From Thermoproteota archaeon (GTDB lineage: Archaea; Thermoproteota; EX4484-205; JAAOZP01): a DNA stretch of 64,000 nt. Below, piece after piece: positions 9,823 to 18,597 of this stretch; the first letter of the stretch is position 1, and the number at the start of each line of letters is the position of its first letter. Under the pieces are notes generated by a model. It was not told the origin of the DNA. It did not search any database and was given only the letters and a program-made list of their open reading frames with translations. The DNA is taken from contig JAWCNV010000006.1 in NCBI GenBank assembly GCA_038848185.1, positions 16,315-80,314 of the forward strand. Reading direction: 5' to 3'. The translations under genes were made by a program, and so were the position numbers.

Positions 9823-10365
9823 ATGAACACGGGGGCACGCCCACTCTACGTCGGCCGTTTCCAGCCTGTTCACCTTGGCCATGTTCACGCTATAAAGCAT
9901 ATTCTCTCAAACCATGCGGAGATTATTGTTGCAGTAGGCAGCTCCCTGACCAGCCACGATAAGGATAATCCCTTCACGTTCGGGGAGAGGCTTCAAATGC
10001 TTCACCTAGCCTTGGAGGAGTCGGGCATAGAGGTTGAGAAATGCGTTGTAACAGGGGTTCCGGATGTTCCCGGGATGCATTTTCTCTGGGTGCGTCTGGT
10101 TGAAGCTATGTCTCCCCCCTTCAGAATGGTTTATACTAACCAGCCTTTCACGAGCCGGCTTTTCCAGGAGGCGGGTTACGAGGTTAAGCCTATTCCCTAT
10201 CTTGAGCGCGAGAAATACTCTGGCATAGAGATAAGGAGAAGGATGCTCTCAGACCTAGATTGGAGCCGGCTGGTGCCCAGGAAAGTATACGAGTATATTA
10301 ACAGTATTGGGGGGGTTGAAAGAGTAAGGTCGCTTTCCTCCTCAGACGAGGCGGCTCAGCGGTGA
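9823..10365 (+). CDS. nadM: Nicotinamide-nucleotide adenylyltransferase (archaeal type)
   Basis: 'YVGRFQPVHLGHVHAI' matches the archaeal NMNAT (H/T)xGH-type motif. 180 aa. Confidence 0.85.
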   Translation: MNTGARPLYVGRFQPVHLGHVHAIKHILSNHAEIIVAVGSSLTSHDKDNPFTFGERLQMLHLALEESGIEVEKCVVTGVPDVPGMHFLWVRLVEAMSPPFRMVYTNQPFTSRLFQEAGYEVKPIPYLEREKYSGIEIRRRMLSDLDWSRLVPRKVYEYINSIGGVERVRSLSSSDEAAQR

Positions 10366-10404
10366 GAGTATTTATAAACACCCTTCCTCAACCAGTTTCT
10401 AAGT

Positions 10405-11133
10405 ATGGAACCAGGTTCACTCATACTCGTGGACTATACGCTTACTGTTAAGGAGACGGGTAGCGTCATAGAGACCACTGTGGAGGAGGAGGCGAAGAAG
10501 GCTTCAGTATATAGGGAGGGCGAGAAGTATTCTCCCCGTTTAATCTACCTTGGGGGTAAATGGGTTTTAGAAAGCTGGGAAGAGGAGCTGCTGAAGAGTG
10601 AGATCGGTGTTGAAAGAGTTGTCGAGATTCCTCCCGAGAAAGCCTACGGCTTCAGAGACCCGAATAAGGTGAAAACCTACGCAGCCAGAAGATTCTCCAA
10701 GCCTCAAGAGCTTGCACCAGGTGCACTGGTTGAAATGGATAACAGGATAGGGATTGTGAGAAACCTGAGCGGCGGCAGGGTTCAGGTTGATTTCAACCCG
10801 CCTCTCGCAGGGAGAACCCTCGTCTACAGGTTTAAAATAGTCAGGATGCTTGAAGACGATGCTGAGAAGATTAAGCATCTTGTTAACAGGCGTCTCCCAG
10901 AGGTTTCCGTCGACGAGGTTTCTGTTGAGCTTAATGGTGACACTGCTTCCATAAGGCTTCCGGAGAAAGCACTGTTTTCAGAAGGGATTCAACAGGTTAA
11001 GAAAGCCGTCTTCGAAGATGTTGCGAGTATTCTTAAGAACATTAAGAAAGTATGTTTCATAGATGTTTTCACAGCACCTAGCGAGGAGCAGGCTTCGAAA
11101 CCAGCCCAGGAAGCTGAAACCACTCAAAAATAG
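10405..11133 (+). CDS. FKBP-type peptidyl-prolyl cis-trans isomerase (long archaeal form with IF/flap insert)
   Basis: 'LILVDYTL' FKBP core. 'VQVDFNPPLAGRTLVYRFKI' matches the archaeal FKBP/SlyD 'DFNHPLAGK' signature. Confidence 0.8.
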   Translation: MEPGSLILVDYTLTVKETGSVIETTVEEEAKKASVYREGEKYSPRLIYLGGKWVLESWEEELLKSEIGVERVVEIPPEKAYGFRDPNKVKTYAARRFSKPQELAPGALVEMDNRIGIVRNLSGGRVQVDFNPPLAGRTLVYRFKIVRMLEDDAEKIKHLVNRRLPEVSVDEVSVELNGDTASIRLPEKALFSEGIQQVKKAVFEDVASILKNIKKVCFIDVFTAPSEEQASKPAQEAETTQK

Positions 11134-11141
11134 TTCCAGTT

Positions 11142-11582
11142 TTAATCCAGCATCTCTGCCTTAAATAGGACAAGGTTTTTCTCAGGACAGTTGAAGTCTC
11201 CGATTTTCTCCAGAACTCTGACCCTGCGGCCAGCAGCAAGCATGTTGAAGAGAACAGGGCATTCCCCGATTCTGCTGCACCCGGGTTTGCAGAAGGCTTC
11301 TGGATTTGGCTCCATCACTGCCCCAGCCTTCACTTTTCCGGATGGCGCTAGAAGGATGAATGGTTCAAGAGCAATTTCATAAGGCGCTATTTCACTGCCC
11401 CTCAGTATGCAGTATATGCTGACTCCCTCTGTTCTCCTAACAACCCTGTAGGTGAAGCCGATGTTTAGAGACCCGTGGCACCTGTTTCTGTTCTCGCATT
11501 TCTCACACTCGTATGCTTCACCTGTGTAGGTGAAAACATGCCCAGGCTTAACCTCAGCTTCTAGATAACTGTACTTGCCCAA
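11142..11582 (-). CDS. UPF0179-family archaeal protein (Cys-rich)
   Basis: 146 aa with 'CEKCENRNRCHG' and 'CKPGCSRIGECP' motifs. Resembles the conserved archaeal UPF0179 family. Confidence 0.5.
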   Translation of the reverse strand: MGKYSYLEAEVKPGHVFTYTGEAYECEKCENRNRCHGSLNIGFTYRVVRRTEGVSIYCILRGSEIAPYEIALEPFILLAPSGKVKAGAVMEPNPEAFCKPGCSRIGECPVLFNMLAAGRRVRVLEKIGDFNCPEKNLVLFKAEMLD

Positions 11583-11596
11583 GGCAGCTCATCCAG

Positions 11597-12667
11597 CTAT
11601 ATTACCATAGTGCTTCTAGCAAGCTCTTCAGCAGCCTTCTTGGTTAAACCCTTGTCTCCGAGAATAGTGTATCTTTCAGGCCTTATTGTATGTGCAATGG
11701 TCAAGGCCTCAACCACTTTTTTCTCAGACACGTTGATCTCCCTCGCCGTAACAGGCGCCTTAACAGTTGAAAGAGTATTCCTTATCCCAGTCCAATCACC
11801 GTTGTGAAGCCGGCTCATCATTATCGTCCCTATTCCAACCTGCTCCCCGTGGAGAGCAGGGTAGCCTGCAACAAGGTCGAGAGCATGGCTGAAAAGATGC
11901 TCAGAACCGCTACACGGTCTACTGCTCCCAGCTATCCCGATTAAGACTCCGGAGTGTATCAGCGCCTCTATAAGAATACTTGCACCCTCAAACTTGTCGC
12001 TCGCAATAGTTTCCGCACACTTCATTATTCTCTCCGCAATGGTTTCAGCAAGGCTGGCAGCATACTCACCATAGTATTCCCCCCTGAGCGACCGGGATAG
12101 CCTCCAGTCTCTCACCGCAGTATACTTCGCCACCAGGTCGCCGACTCCTGCGCCGAAATACCTGTCGGGTGCGGTTGCAAGTATCGAAACATCTCCTATT
12201 ATTACGGAGGGCATCACTGTGTAGAAAGAGTATCGCTTCCTTCCTTTTGGAGTTGAGGCTAATGGGCTTGCGATCCCGTCGTGCGAAGGCACGGTTGGGA
12301 CGCTTATAAACTCTAGGCTGTTCCTCCAAGCTATGATCTTACCTGCATCTATCACTCTCCCCCCGCCGATGCTTGCTACAACAGTTTCACCCGGCTTCCT
12401 ATCCCGCTGAGCAAGTTTCTTCTCAAGCTTCATCGCCTCGGAGAAAGCGTCTCCACCGCCTATCAAAACCATTTTGAAGGAAACCTTGTTTTCCGACAGG
12501 TTTTTCCTAATTCTTTCTCCGAAGACCTTTAGAGGGGTCCTGCTCGTTAAAACAATCACCTGCTTCGCGCCAAGCTCCCTTATGCTTGCACCTAGCTCAT
12601 CCACTGCCCCTTTCCCAAGTATTATATGTCTGGGAAGCTTTATCACATGCCTATTCTTGTCCTTCAA
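11597..12667 (-). CDS. egsA: Glycerol-1-phosphate dehydrogenase [NAD(P)+]
   Basis: 356 aa. Dehydroquinate-synthase-like fold. The 'GGGRVIDAGK' glycine-rich loop and the 'GSEHLFSHALD' metal site are typical of archaeal G1PDH. Confidence 0.85.
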   Translation of the reverse strand: MKDKNRHVIKLPRHIILGKGAVDELGASIRELGAKQVIVLTSRTPLKVFGERIRKNLSENKVSFKMVLIGGGDAFSEAMKLEKKLAQRDRKPGETVVASIGGGRVIDAGKIIAWRNSLEFISVPTVPSHDGIASPLASTPKGRKRYSFYTVMPSVIIGDVSILATAPDRYFGAGVGDLVAKYTAVRDWRLSRSLRGEYYGEYAASLAETIAERIMKCAETIASDKFEGASILIEALIHSGVLIGIAGSSRPCSGSEHLFSHALDLVAGYPALHGEQVGIGTIMMSRLHNGDWTGIRNTLSTVKAPVTAREINVSEKKVVEALTIAHTIRPERYTILGDKGLTKKAAEELARSTMVI

Positions 12668-12736
12668 TAGTTTAACGATGTTAGGGAAAGGTTTATCTTT
12701 AAGCCTTTCCCTGAAAATGCGGTTAAGGTTCTAGAG

Positions 12737-13402
12737 GTGTTAAGAGAGTTGAACACTATTACTGGAAGAACTGTAGGAGAGGGTTCACCATTATGGGGTA
12801 CCACTACCGTCGGAATCTCCTGTACAGACGGCGTTGTATTCGCTTCAGACACTAGGGTTGTTCAAGGCTACTATTTCATAGCTCATAAACGTGGAAAAAA
12901 GATCCTTAAGATAGATGACTATATAGCTGCAACAATATCCGGCGGAGTGGCTGATGCTCAGGCCATAGTGGCAGCACTCCAATGGGAGGCGAGAACATAC
13001 AAGCTTGAAAGAGGAGTAAACATGCCTGTTAAGGCAGCAGCCAACATAGCTTCAATAATTCTTTCATCCACGCGCATGGCACCCCTGTACATACAGCTGG
13101 TAATAGGAGGCTACGACAAGGAGGGAACAAGCCTCTATATACTTGACCCCCTCGGAGGCTTCTCGAAGGAATCTTTCGTAGGATCAGGCTCAGGCTCCCC
13201 AGTTGCACTGGGATATCTTGAGGCTGAGCTTAAAAACCCGGTGGACACTGCCACAGCCATACCTGTTGCGGTTAAAGCCATTCTGGCAGCGATGCAGAGA
13301 GATACTGCTACCGGCAATGATTTTGAAGTTATGGTGGTTGACTCCAAGGGGTGCAGGGAGCTGAGTGTCGAGGAGAAGGCTAGGCTTGTGAAGATGAAAT
13401 GA
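12737..13402 (+). CDS. psmB: Proteasome subunit beta (second paralog)
   Basis: 'LWGTTTVGISCTDGVVFASDTR' with catalytic Thr after the propeptide. 221 aa. Confidence 0.9.
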   Translation: MLRELNTITGRTVGEGSPLWGTTTVGISCTDGVVFASDTRVVQGYYFIAHKRGKKILKIDDYIAATISGGVADAQAIVAALQWEARTYKLERGVNMPVKAAANIASIILSSTRMAPLYIQLVIGGYDKEGTSLYILDPLGGFSKESFVGSGSGSPVALGYLEAELKNPVDTATAIPVAVKAILAAMQRDTATGNDFEVMVVDSKGCRELSVEEKARLVKMK

Positions 13403-15300
13403 GTTCTGAAAACACTATTAAAGAAGTTATTTTTGAAAAGATCTCTAGAGACGCGAGAGTAGTGGGCATAGAGATGGAGGGGCCCACGATAGCGGTCTAC
13501 ATTGAAAACCTTGACTTCTTAGTGAACGGGCAGCAGGTTTTAGCTGAGGTTGCGAAACAGCTTAGGAAGAGGATCGTCGTTAGGCCAGCTGCAACAGTCA
13601 GAGCTGCGAAGGAGGAGGCTGAGAAAACCATTAGGCAGATAGTCCCTCCGAAAGCAGGTTTAGAGGCAGTTGTGTTCAACGAGGTTTTCGGCGAAGTGCT
13701 GATATCAGTCAGGCACCCTAGTATTGTGGAGGAGCTGGGAGAAAAGGTTCTGAACGAAATACTTGTTAAAACAGGGTGGAAGCCAAGCATTATAAGTATC
13801 CCGCCTCTTAACACAACTATTATCCCTCAGGTAATGTATGTTTTCAACCAAAGTGCTGAAGAGAGGTTTAAAATACTCAGGGAGATTGGGGAGAGAATAT
13901 TCAGGAAACCCCTGTTTAAAACTGAGAGCATAACCCTAACCTTCCTAGGGGGTGCTGAACAAGTTGGAAGGTCAAGCATACTTGTGTCAACAGACGAGAG
14001 CAAGGTGTTAATGGATTTCGGAATAAACCCTGCTGCAAACGCTTTCTCAGACTCGTTTCCAAGAATCGACAGGATCCCGGTTTCAGTTGAAGATATTGAT
14101 GCTGTTGTGATTTCCCACGCCCACCTGGATCACGTGGGGGGACTCCCGTTCCTTTTCAAATACGGTTACCGGGGACCCGTCTACATGACTGAGCCAACAG
14201 TATACCTTATGTTCCTCCTGCTGAACGACCTCTATGATGTTCTTCAGAAAAATGGCGTAACCCCATTCTTCGAGCTGAAGGATCTTAGAACAATCCTACA
14301 ACACACTATTCCAGTTAAGTTTGGGGTTGTCGTTGATGTTGCTCCAGACATAAAGCTGACCTTCAGGAACGCTGGCCACATACTTGGCTCAGCAATAATA
14401 CACCTGCATATCGGAGAGGGGCTGCACAACATAGTTTTCACAGGAGACCTGAAGTACGACCGCTCCATTCTTCTTGAACATGCTTCCACAATGTTTCCGA
14501 GGGTTGAAACACTCATAACCGAATGCACTTACGGTGGGATTAACGATGTGATGCCTCCCAGGGAAGAAGTGGAGAACAAGCTTATCACGCTAGTTAACTC
14601 CACCCTGGAGAAAAACGGGAACGTGCTTATTCCTACGCTCGCCGTGGGGAGGGCGCAGGAGATAATGCTTATACTCGACAACGCTATAAGAAACAAGAAG
14701 ATTCCTGAGGTACCTATATATGTGGACGGCATGATTTCAGAGGTAACAGCCATACATGCTTCATTCCCAAACTATCTTTCAAAAGACCTTAGAGAGATGA
14801 TGGTGAACGGCGCCAACCCGTTTAAATCAGAATACTTGATACCGGTTAAAAACTCGATTCCTAAGGAGGAGATAACTGAGGGAAGACGCAATATAATACT
14901 CTCACCTTCAGGCATGCTTGAAGGAGGCCCAGTTATGGAGTACTTCAAGCTGATTGCTCCCCAGGAGGAGTCTACAGTAATCTTCGTAAACTACCAGATA
15001 GAGGGGACACTGGGCAGCAGGGTTTTAAGCGGGCTGAGGGAGCTCACTATGCAGAACACTAATGGCAGGGTTGAAGCAATAACTGTAAGAAGCATGGTTG
15101 AGAGGGTTGACGGTTTCTCAGGCCACTCGGACAGAAACCAGCTTTTAAACTATATTAGACGCGTATACACTAAGAGGGGCCCGCTTTTCCTAGTCCACGG
15201 TGAGGCAAAGAAGCTTCAAAACATGAAGAAGATACTTGACAGGGTTTACGGGGACCACGTATATTCTCCGAGGCTTCTCGAAACATACAGGGCTCTTTAA
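13399..15300 (+). CDS. Archaeal CPSF1 (KH-domain beta-CASP/metallo-beta-lactamase ribonuclease)
   Basis: 633 aa. N-terminal KH region, 'HAHLDHVGGLP' MBL motif, beta-CASP region. ATG overlaps the upstream psmB stop codon. Confidence 0.9.
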   Translation: MSSENTIKEVIFEKISRDARVVGIEMEGPTIAVYIENLDFLVNGQQVLAEVAKQLRKRIVVRPAATVRAAKEEAEKTIRQIVPPKAGLEAVVFNEVFGEVLISVRHPSIVEELGEKVLNEILVKTGWKPSIISIPPLNTTIIPQVMYVFNQSAEERFKILREIGERIFRKPLFKTESITLTFLGGAEQVGRSSILVSTDESKVLMDFGINPAANAFSDSFPRIDRIPVSVEDIDAVVISHAHLDHVGGLPFLFKYGYRGPVYMTEPTVYLMFLLLNDLYDVLQKNGVTPFFELKDLRTILQHTIPVKFGVVVDVAPDIKLTFRNAGHILGSAIIHLHIGEGLHNIVFTGDLKYDRSILLEHASTMFPRVETLITECTYGGINDVMPPREEVENKLITLVNSTLEKNGNVLIPTLAVGRAQEIMLILDNAIRNKKIPEVPIYVDGMISEVTAIHASFPNYLSKDLREMMVNGANPFKSEYLIPVKNSIPKEEITEGRRNIILSPSGMLEGGPVMEYFKLIAPQEESTVIFVNYQIEGTLGSRVLSGLRELTMQNTNGRVEAITVRSMVERVDGFSGHSDRNQLLNYIRRVYTKRGPLFLVHGEAKKLQNMKKILDRVYGDHVYSPRLLETYRAL

Positions 15301-15417
15301 CTGCAACCTGTCGACCCAAGTATTTAAAAACTAACGAGGATTACCCTCCTTCTAATGGTTTGAGAATACTAGAATAGAAAAAGTATTTATTTAGGCGGTT
15401 CTCAAAGACACTAAGAA

Positions 15418-15666
15418 TTGTCTACAGACACCACGATGGAGCTGCTTCAAGAATCGCTCGGCAAAAGCATAATAGTGAAGCTGAAGGGAGGCGTCAAGAT
15501 ACGCGGCATCCTAGACGGCTACGACCCGCATCTAAACATAGTCTTATCGGACGCGGAGGAGCTTAAGGGCAGTGAAACAGCCAAGCTAGGGCTAATCGTG
15601 ATAAGGGGTGACAACGTCATCCTGATTTCACCACCTATAGAGTATAAGCCTGAGGAGAAGGGATAG
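15418..15666 (+). CDS. Sm-like (LSm) archaeal protein
   Basis: 'IIVKLKGGVKIRGILDGYDPHLNIVLSDAEE' is the Sm1 motif. 'IVIRGDNVILIS' is the Sm2 motif. Start may be the internal Met at 15436. Confidence 0.85.
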   Translation: MSTDTTMELLQESLGKSIIVKLKGGVKIRGILDGYDPHLNIVLSDAEELKGSETAKLGLIVIRGDNVILISPPIEYKPEEKG

Positions 15667-15673
15667 ATAGAAA

Positions 15674-15874
15674 ATGGGGAAGACTTCAGCAGGTACAACA
15701 GCCTTCGGAAGACTTCACAAGAAGAGCACCCACAGTATCTGCAGAAGGTGTGGGAGAAGATCCTTCAACGTGAGGAAGAAGTACTGCGCCGCATGCGGCT
15801 TCGGCAAATCTCCTAAGATCAGGAAATACTCTTGGCAGAATAAGACTCTTCAAAGAACAGTTAGGATAGTGTAG
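15674..15874 (+). CDS. rpl37e: 50S ribosomal protein L37e
   Basis: 66 aa. '[20 protein letters not shown]' is the C4 zinc ribbon of L37e. Confidence 0.9.
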   Translation: MGKTSAGTTAFGRLHKKSTHSICRRCGRRSFNVRKKYCAACGFGKSPKIRKYSWQNKTLQRTVRIV

Positions 15875-15877
15875 GTC

Positions 15878-16516
15878 TTGCCGAGGGATTTAAATACTAG
15901 GATAAACCTACTTGTTAAAAGCTCCTACGACTTTCTGAGGAGGCAGGAGGATGCTAAATACGAGCTGCTGAGAATGATAAGCAGCCTCATTAAGAAATGC
16001 AGGCAGTCTGCTAAAGCATCCTACGCTAAGGATTTCCCTGCCTCAAGAAGGCTTTTGGAAAACATACAGAGAGACATCGTTAAGGTTGTGAAAACAGCTT
16101 CTGAAGATGGGATTAATGATACTTGGCCACCCATCATCCAAGCATATCAAGAGTTTCTTGAAGCCGTGTTCATATACTGGTTCACATCTGGAAAAGAGTA
16201 CAGGCTGAAAATAGAGCCCCCGCCAGCTTCAATACTCTACGCAGTGTCAGACCTTATAGGAGAGTTGAAGAGGGTGATGATGGAGCATCTTAGGAAGGGA
16301 GATTTAAAGAGGGCTGAGGAAACCTACCAGAGAATGGTACAGCTCTACGAGAACGTTTCCACGATTGCACTGGGTGACGCTGTCCTACCAGGTTTCAAGA
16401 GGAAGATAGATGTTAACAGAGCTTCTGTCGAATCGGCCTACGCGATACTGAACGAGGAACTTAGGAGAAAAGCCTTCCTGTCATCCATGGAAAAATACTT
16501 TGAACAGCCGCGTTAA
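15878..16516 (+). CDS. Translin-family protein (putative)
   Basis: 212 aa, all-helical. The C-terminal half 'LYAVSDLIGELKRVMMEHLRKGDLKRAEETYQRMVQLYENVS...ESAYAILNEEL' resembles the translin 'YLLGVADLTGELMR...LY..F' region. Confidence 0.5.
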   Translation: MPRDLNTRINLLVKSSYDFLRRQEDAKYELLRMISSLIKKCRQSAKASYAKDFPASRRLLENIQRDIVKVVKTASEDGINDTWPPIIQAYQEFLEAVFIYWFTSGKEYRLKIEPPPASILYAVSDLIGELKRVMMEHLRKGDLKRAEETYQRMVQLYENVSTIALGDAVLPGFKRKIDVNRASVESAYAILNEELRRKAFLSSMEKYFEQPR

Positions 16517-17165
16517 CACGGGCAGCGGAAAGCAGAAGACTGGTCTCGACCCGCTTCTATATTATAGGCTCTGCAAAATACAGGAGGCCCTCTCCAAGAG
16601 GGTGGTTGTCTCAGATGAGTGGCTTGAAAGAGTTCGAAGAGTCGCAGGGGTTGACGCCGCCTACATGGAGAATTTAGCTGCCGTAGGCTTCTCGGTTTAC
16701 AGTATTCTTGAGAACAGGATAACCTTGGTAAGCGTTTCAAGAGCCTTTTCTAAAATGCCGTATATCTCGACCCTCCTATGCTTCAAGGAGGGCCCCATCG
16801 TTTTAAAAAGGCTCAGAAGATTCATCAACGATTATGACCTCCTAATTGTTAATGGCCATGGTTTAGCCCATCCTAGGAGGTGCGGCCTCGCAACCTACTT
16901 GGGGATAATGCTTAAAAAACCCGTTATCGGCGTGGCTAAGAAACCCCTTGGAAACCCGGAGGCAGAACATAACGTTAACAATTTAAGAATGTTCGAAGAC
17001 AAGTATTATTATAGTGTAGGCAACATGATGACCCTGGAGGGAGCGTCCAGAATCCTTAGAAGAACCACTCCGGGAGACTCTAAACTACCCATCCCGCTAG
17101 AGGCTGCTCACAGGTTCTCCGTTAAAATGCTTAGGGAGATGGTTAAGAATGCTGAAAGAGTATAA
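16500..17165 (+). CDS. nfi: Endonuclease V
   Basis: 'VAGVDAAY' carries the catalytic Asp. 'LLIVNGHGLAHPRRCGLATYLGI' is the endonuclease V signature. The true start is probably an internal codon, since the ORF overlaps the previous gene. Confidence 0.8.
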   Translation: MNSRVNTGSGKQKTGLDPLLYYRLCKIQEALSKRVVVSDEWLERVRRVAGVDAAYMENLAAVGFSVYSILENRITLVSVSRAFSKMPYISTLLCFKEGPIVLKRLRRFINDYDLLIVNGHGLAHPRRCGLATYLGIMLKKPVIGVAKKPLGNPEAEHNVNNLRMFEDKYYYSVGNMMTLEGASRILRRTTPGDSKLPIPLEAAHRFSVKMLREMVKNAERV

Positions 17166-17838
17166 GAAGACTTACATGCTGCTTGCAATAGCCAAGCTGA
17201 TCGAGGAGGGGAGAACACCTATTTCAACAAGAGAGCTCTCTAAGGAAATAGGCATGTCGCACCAGTCAGCCGCAAGGTATCTTAAGGAGCTTGAGAAAGA
17301 GAAGCTTATAGAGACCATGATGTCCCCGAAAGGCCGTATAGTAAAACTGTCGAACAAAGGGCTTGACCAGATTAAGCTTCACGCAGGCTCATTGCTATCC
17401 ATGGTTAACAAGGTTTACGTTACCCACGTGTTCACTGGAAAAGTTTTCACAGGGCTGGGTGAGGGAGCATACTATATTTCAAAAAAGCCGTATCTCGATC
17501 AGTTTCAATCCAAGCTGGGTTACCAACCCTACCCGGGCACCCTGAACCTGAGGATAGAGCAGTACATGGATCAGCTTCTACTGGCTGAGAGAATGTCTAA
17601 GCCACCTATATTTATACAGGGCTTCACGAACCATGAGAGGGCTTTTGGAGACGGGTACTGTTACCCTGTAATCGTGAACGGCATCTACGAGGGAGCAATA
17701 GTTAAAGCAATAAGAACAGTCTACGATAATTCTGTGGTTGAAATAATCTCTCCCCATAACCTTAGGAAGGAGCTTAACCTTAAGGATGGGGACAAGGTTA
17801 CGTTTGTCTTTAAGACTGCCGCGATAAGAGAAGAATAG
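17149..17838 (+). CDS. ribK: HTH domain fused to CTP-dependent riboflavin kinase (archaeal RibK)
   Basis: N-terminal winged helix ('ISTRELSKEIGMSHQSAARYLKELE'). C-terminal 'PYPGTLNLRI' and 'YEGAIV' match archaeal CTP-dependent riboflavin kinases. Confidence 0.8.
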   Translation: MLKEYKKTYMLLAIAKLIEEGRTPISTRELSKEIGMSHQSAARYLKELEKEKLIETMMSPKGRIVKLSNKGLDQIKLHAGSLLSMVNKVYVTHVFTGKVFTGLGEGAYYISKKPYLDQFQSKLGYQPYPGTLNLRIEQYMDQLLLAERMSKPPIFIQGFTNHERAFGDGYCYPVIVNGIYEGAIVKAIRTVYDNSVVEIISPHNLRKELNLKDGDKVTFVFKTAAIREE

Positions 17839-17862
17839 AAGCCCTAGGGAACATCCTTATCT

Positions 17863-18324
17863 TTAAACATCTCTAATCCGCTCTATTATCTTACTGGTAC
17901 TCATGTTGAAAAACTTCCTCATCCTGATAGTCTTAACCCTGAGCTCCAGTTCACCTATAACCCTACGGGTCTTCTCCATGATAGCAGTCTGATCGTAGCC
18001 GAACACAATAATATCAGGCCTAATCCTCCTCAGAAACCATGCAATGTTTCTCTCGATGTTTCCACGCCTACCGATGTAAACAGCGTCAACAGGCTTAAGT
18101 CGGGAGAGCATGAGAGCCCTGTCCCTAGCCCTGAACATTGGACTCCTACCCTTACTCTTCCTGACGACACTGTCACAAGCAACAATAACTATCAGCCTAC
18201 CGTTTCTACCAGCAAGACGCTTAGCCTCCTCAAGAAACCTGATGTGGCCGGGATGAATAATGTCAAACACTCCAGTAGTAAGAACAACCCTGCCTCTTCC
18301 ACTCATACCGGATTCTCCACACAC
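17863..18324 (-). CDS. ribL: FAD synthase (archaeal RibL, cytidylyltransferase-fold)
   Basis: 'VVLTTGVFDIIHPGHIRFLEEAK' is the (H/T)xGH nucleotidyltransferase motif. 153 aa. Convergent with ribK. Confidence 0.8.
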   Translation of the reverse strand: MCGESGMSGRGRVVLTTGVFDIIHPGHIRFLEEAKRLAGRNGRLIVIVACDSVVRKSKGRSPMFRARDRALMLSRLKPVDAVYIGRRGNIERNIAWFLRRIRPDIIVFGYDQTAIMEKTRRVIGELELRVKTIRMRKFFNMSTSKIIERIRDV

Positions 18325-18380
18325 CGCTATAAAAGCATCGGTTAAAAGTTTTTAAAATCCTAGGTAAAACATTAAGCCGA

Positions 18381-18470
18381 GGGCCCGTAGCTCAGCATGG
18401 CAGAGCAGCAGCCTCTTAAACAAGAATGGAGTCAGCTGAGGGTCGAGGGTTCAAATCCCTCCGGGCCCGC
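18381..18470 (+). tRNA. tRNA-Lys (anticodon CUU) with ~14-nt intron in the anticodon loop
   Basis: Acceptor GGGCCCG/CGGGCCC. D-arm GCTC...GAGC. Anticodon stem GCAGC with loop CTCTTAA. Extra 14-15 nt before the 3' stem half. T-arm GAGGGTTCAAATCCCTC. 90 nt. No encoded CCA. Confidence 0.75.
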
Positions 18471-18597
18471 TAATCTGGCAGTCATGCGTTTAAGCTCCGC
18501 ATCTTAGATCCATGTTACCATGTTTAATTTTATAGGTGAGCAGTTAATCTGGTTAGGAGAAGGAGTAAACTGCAGATACGGATGGAAGCCTGTATGT

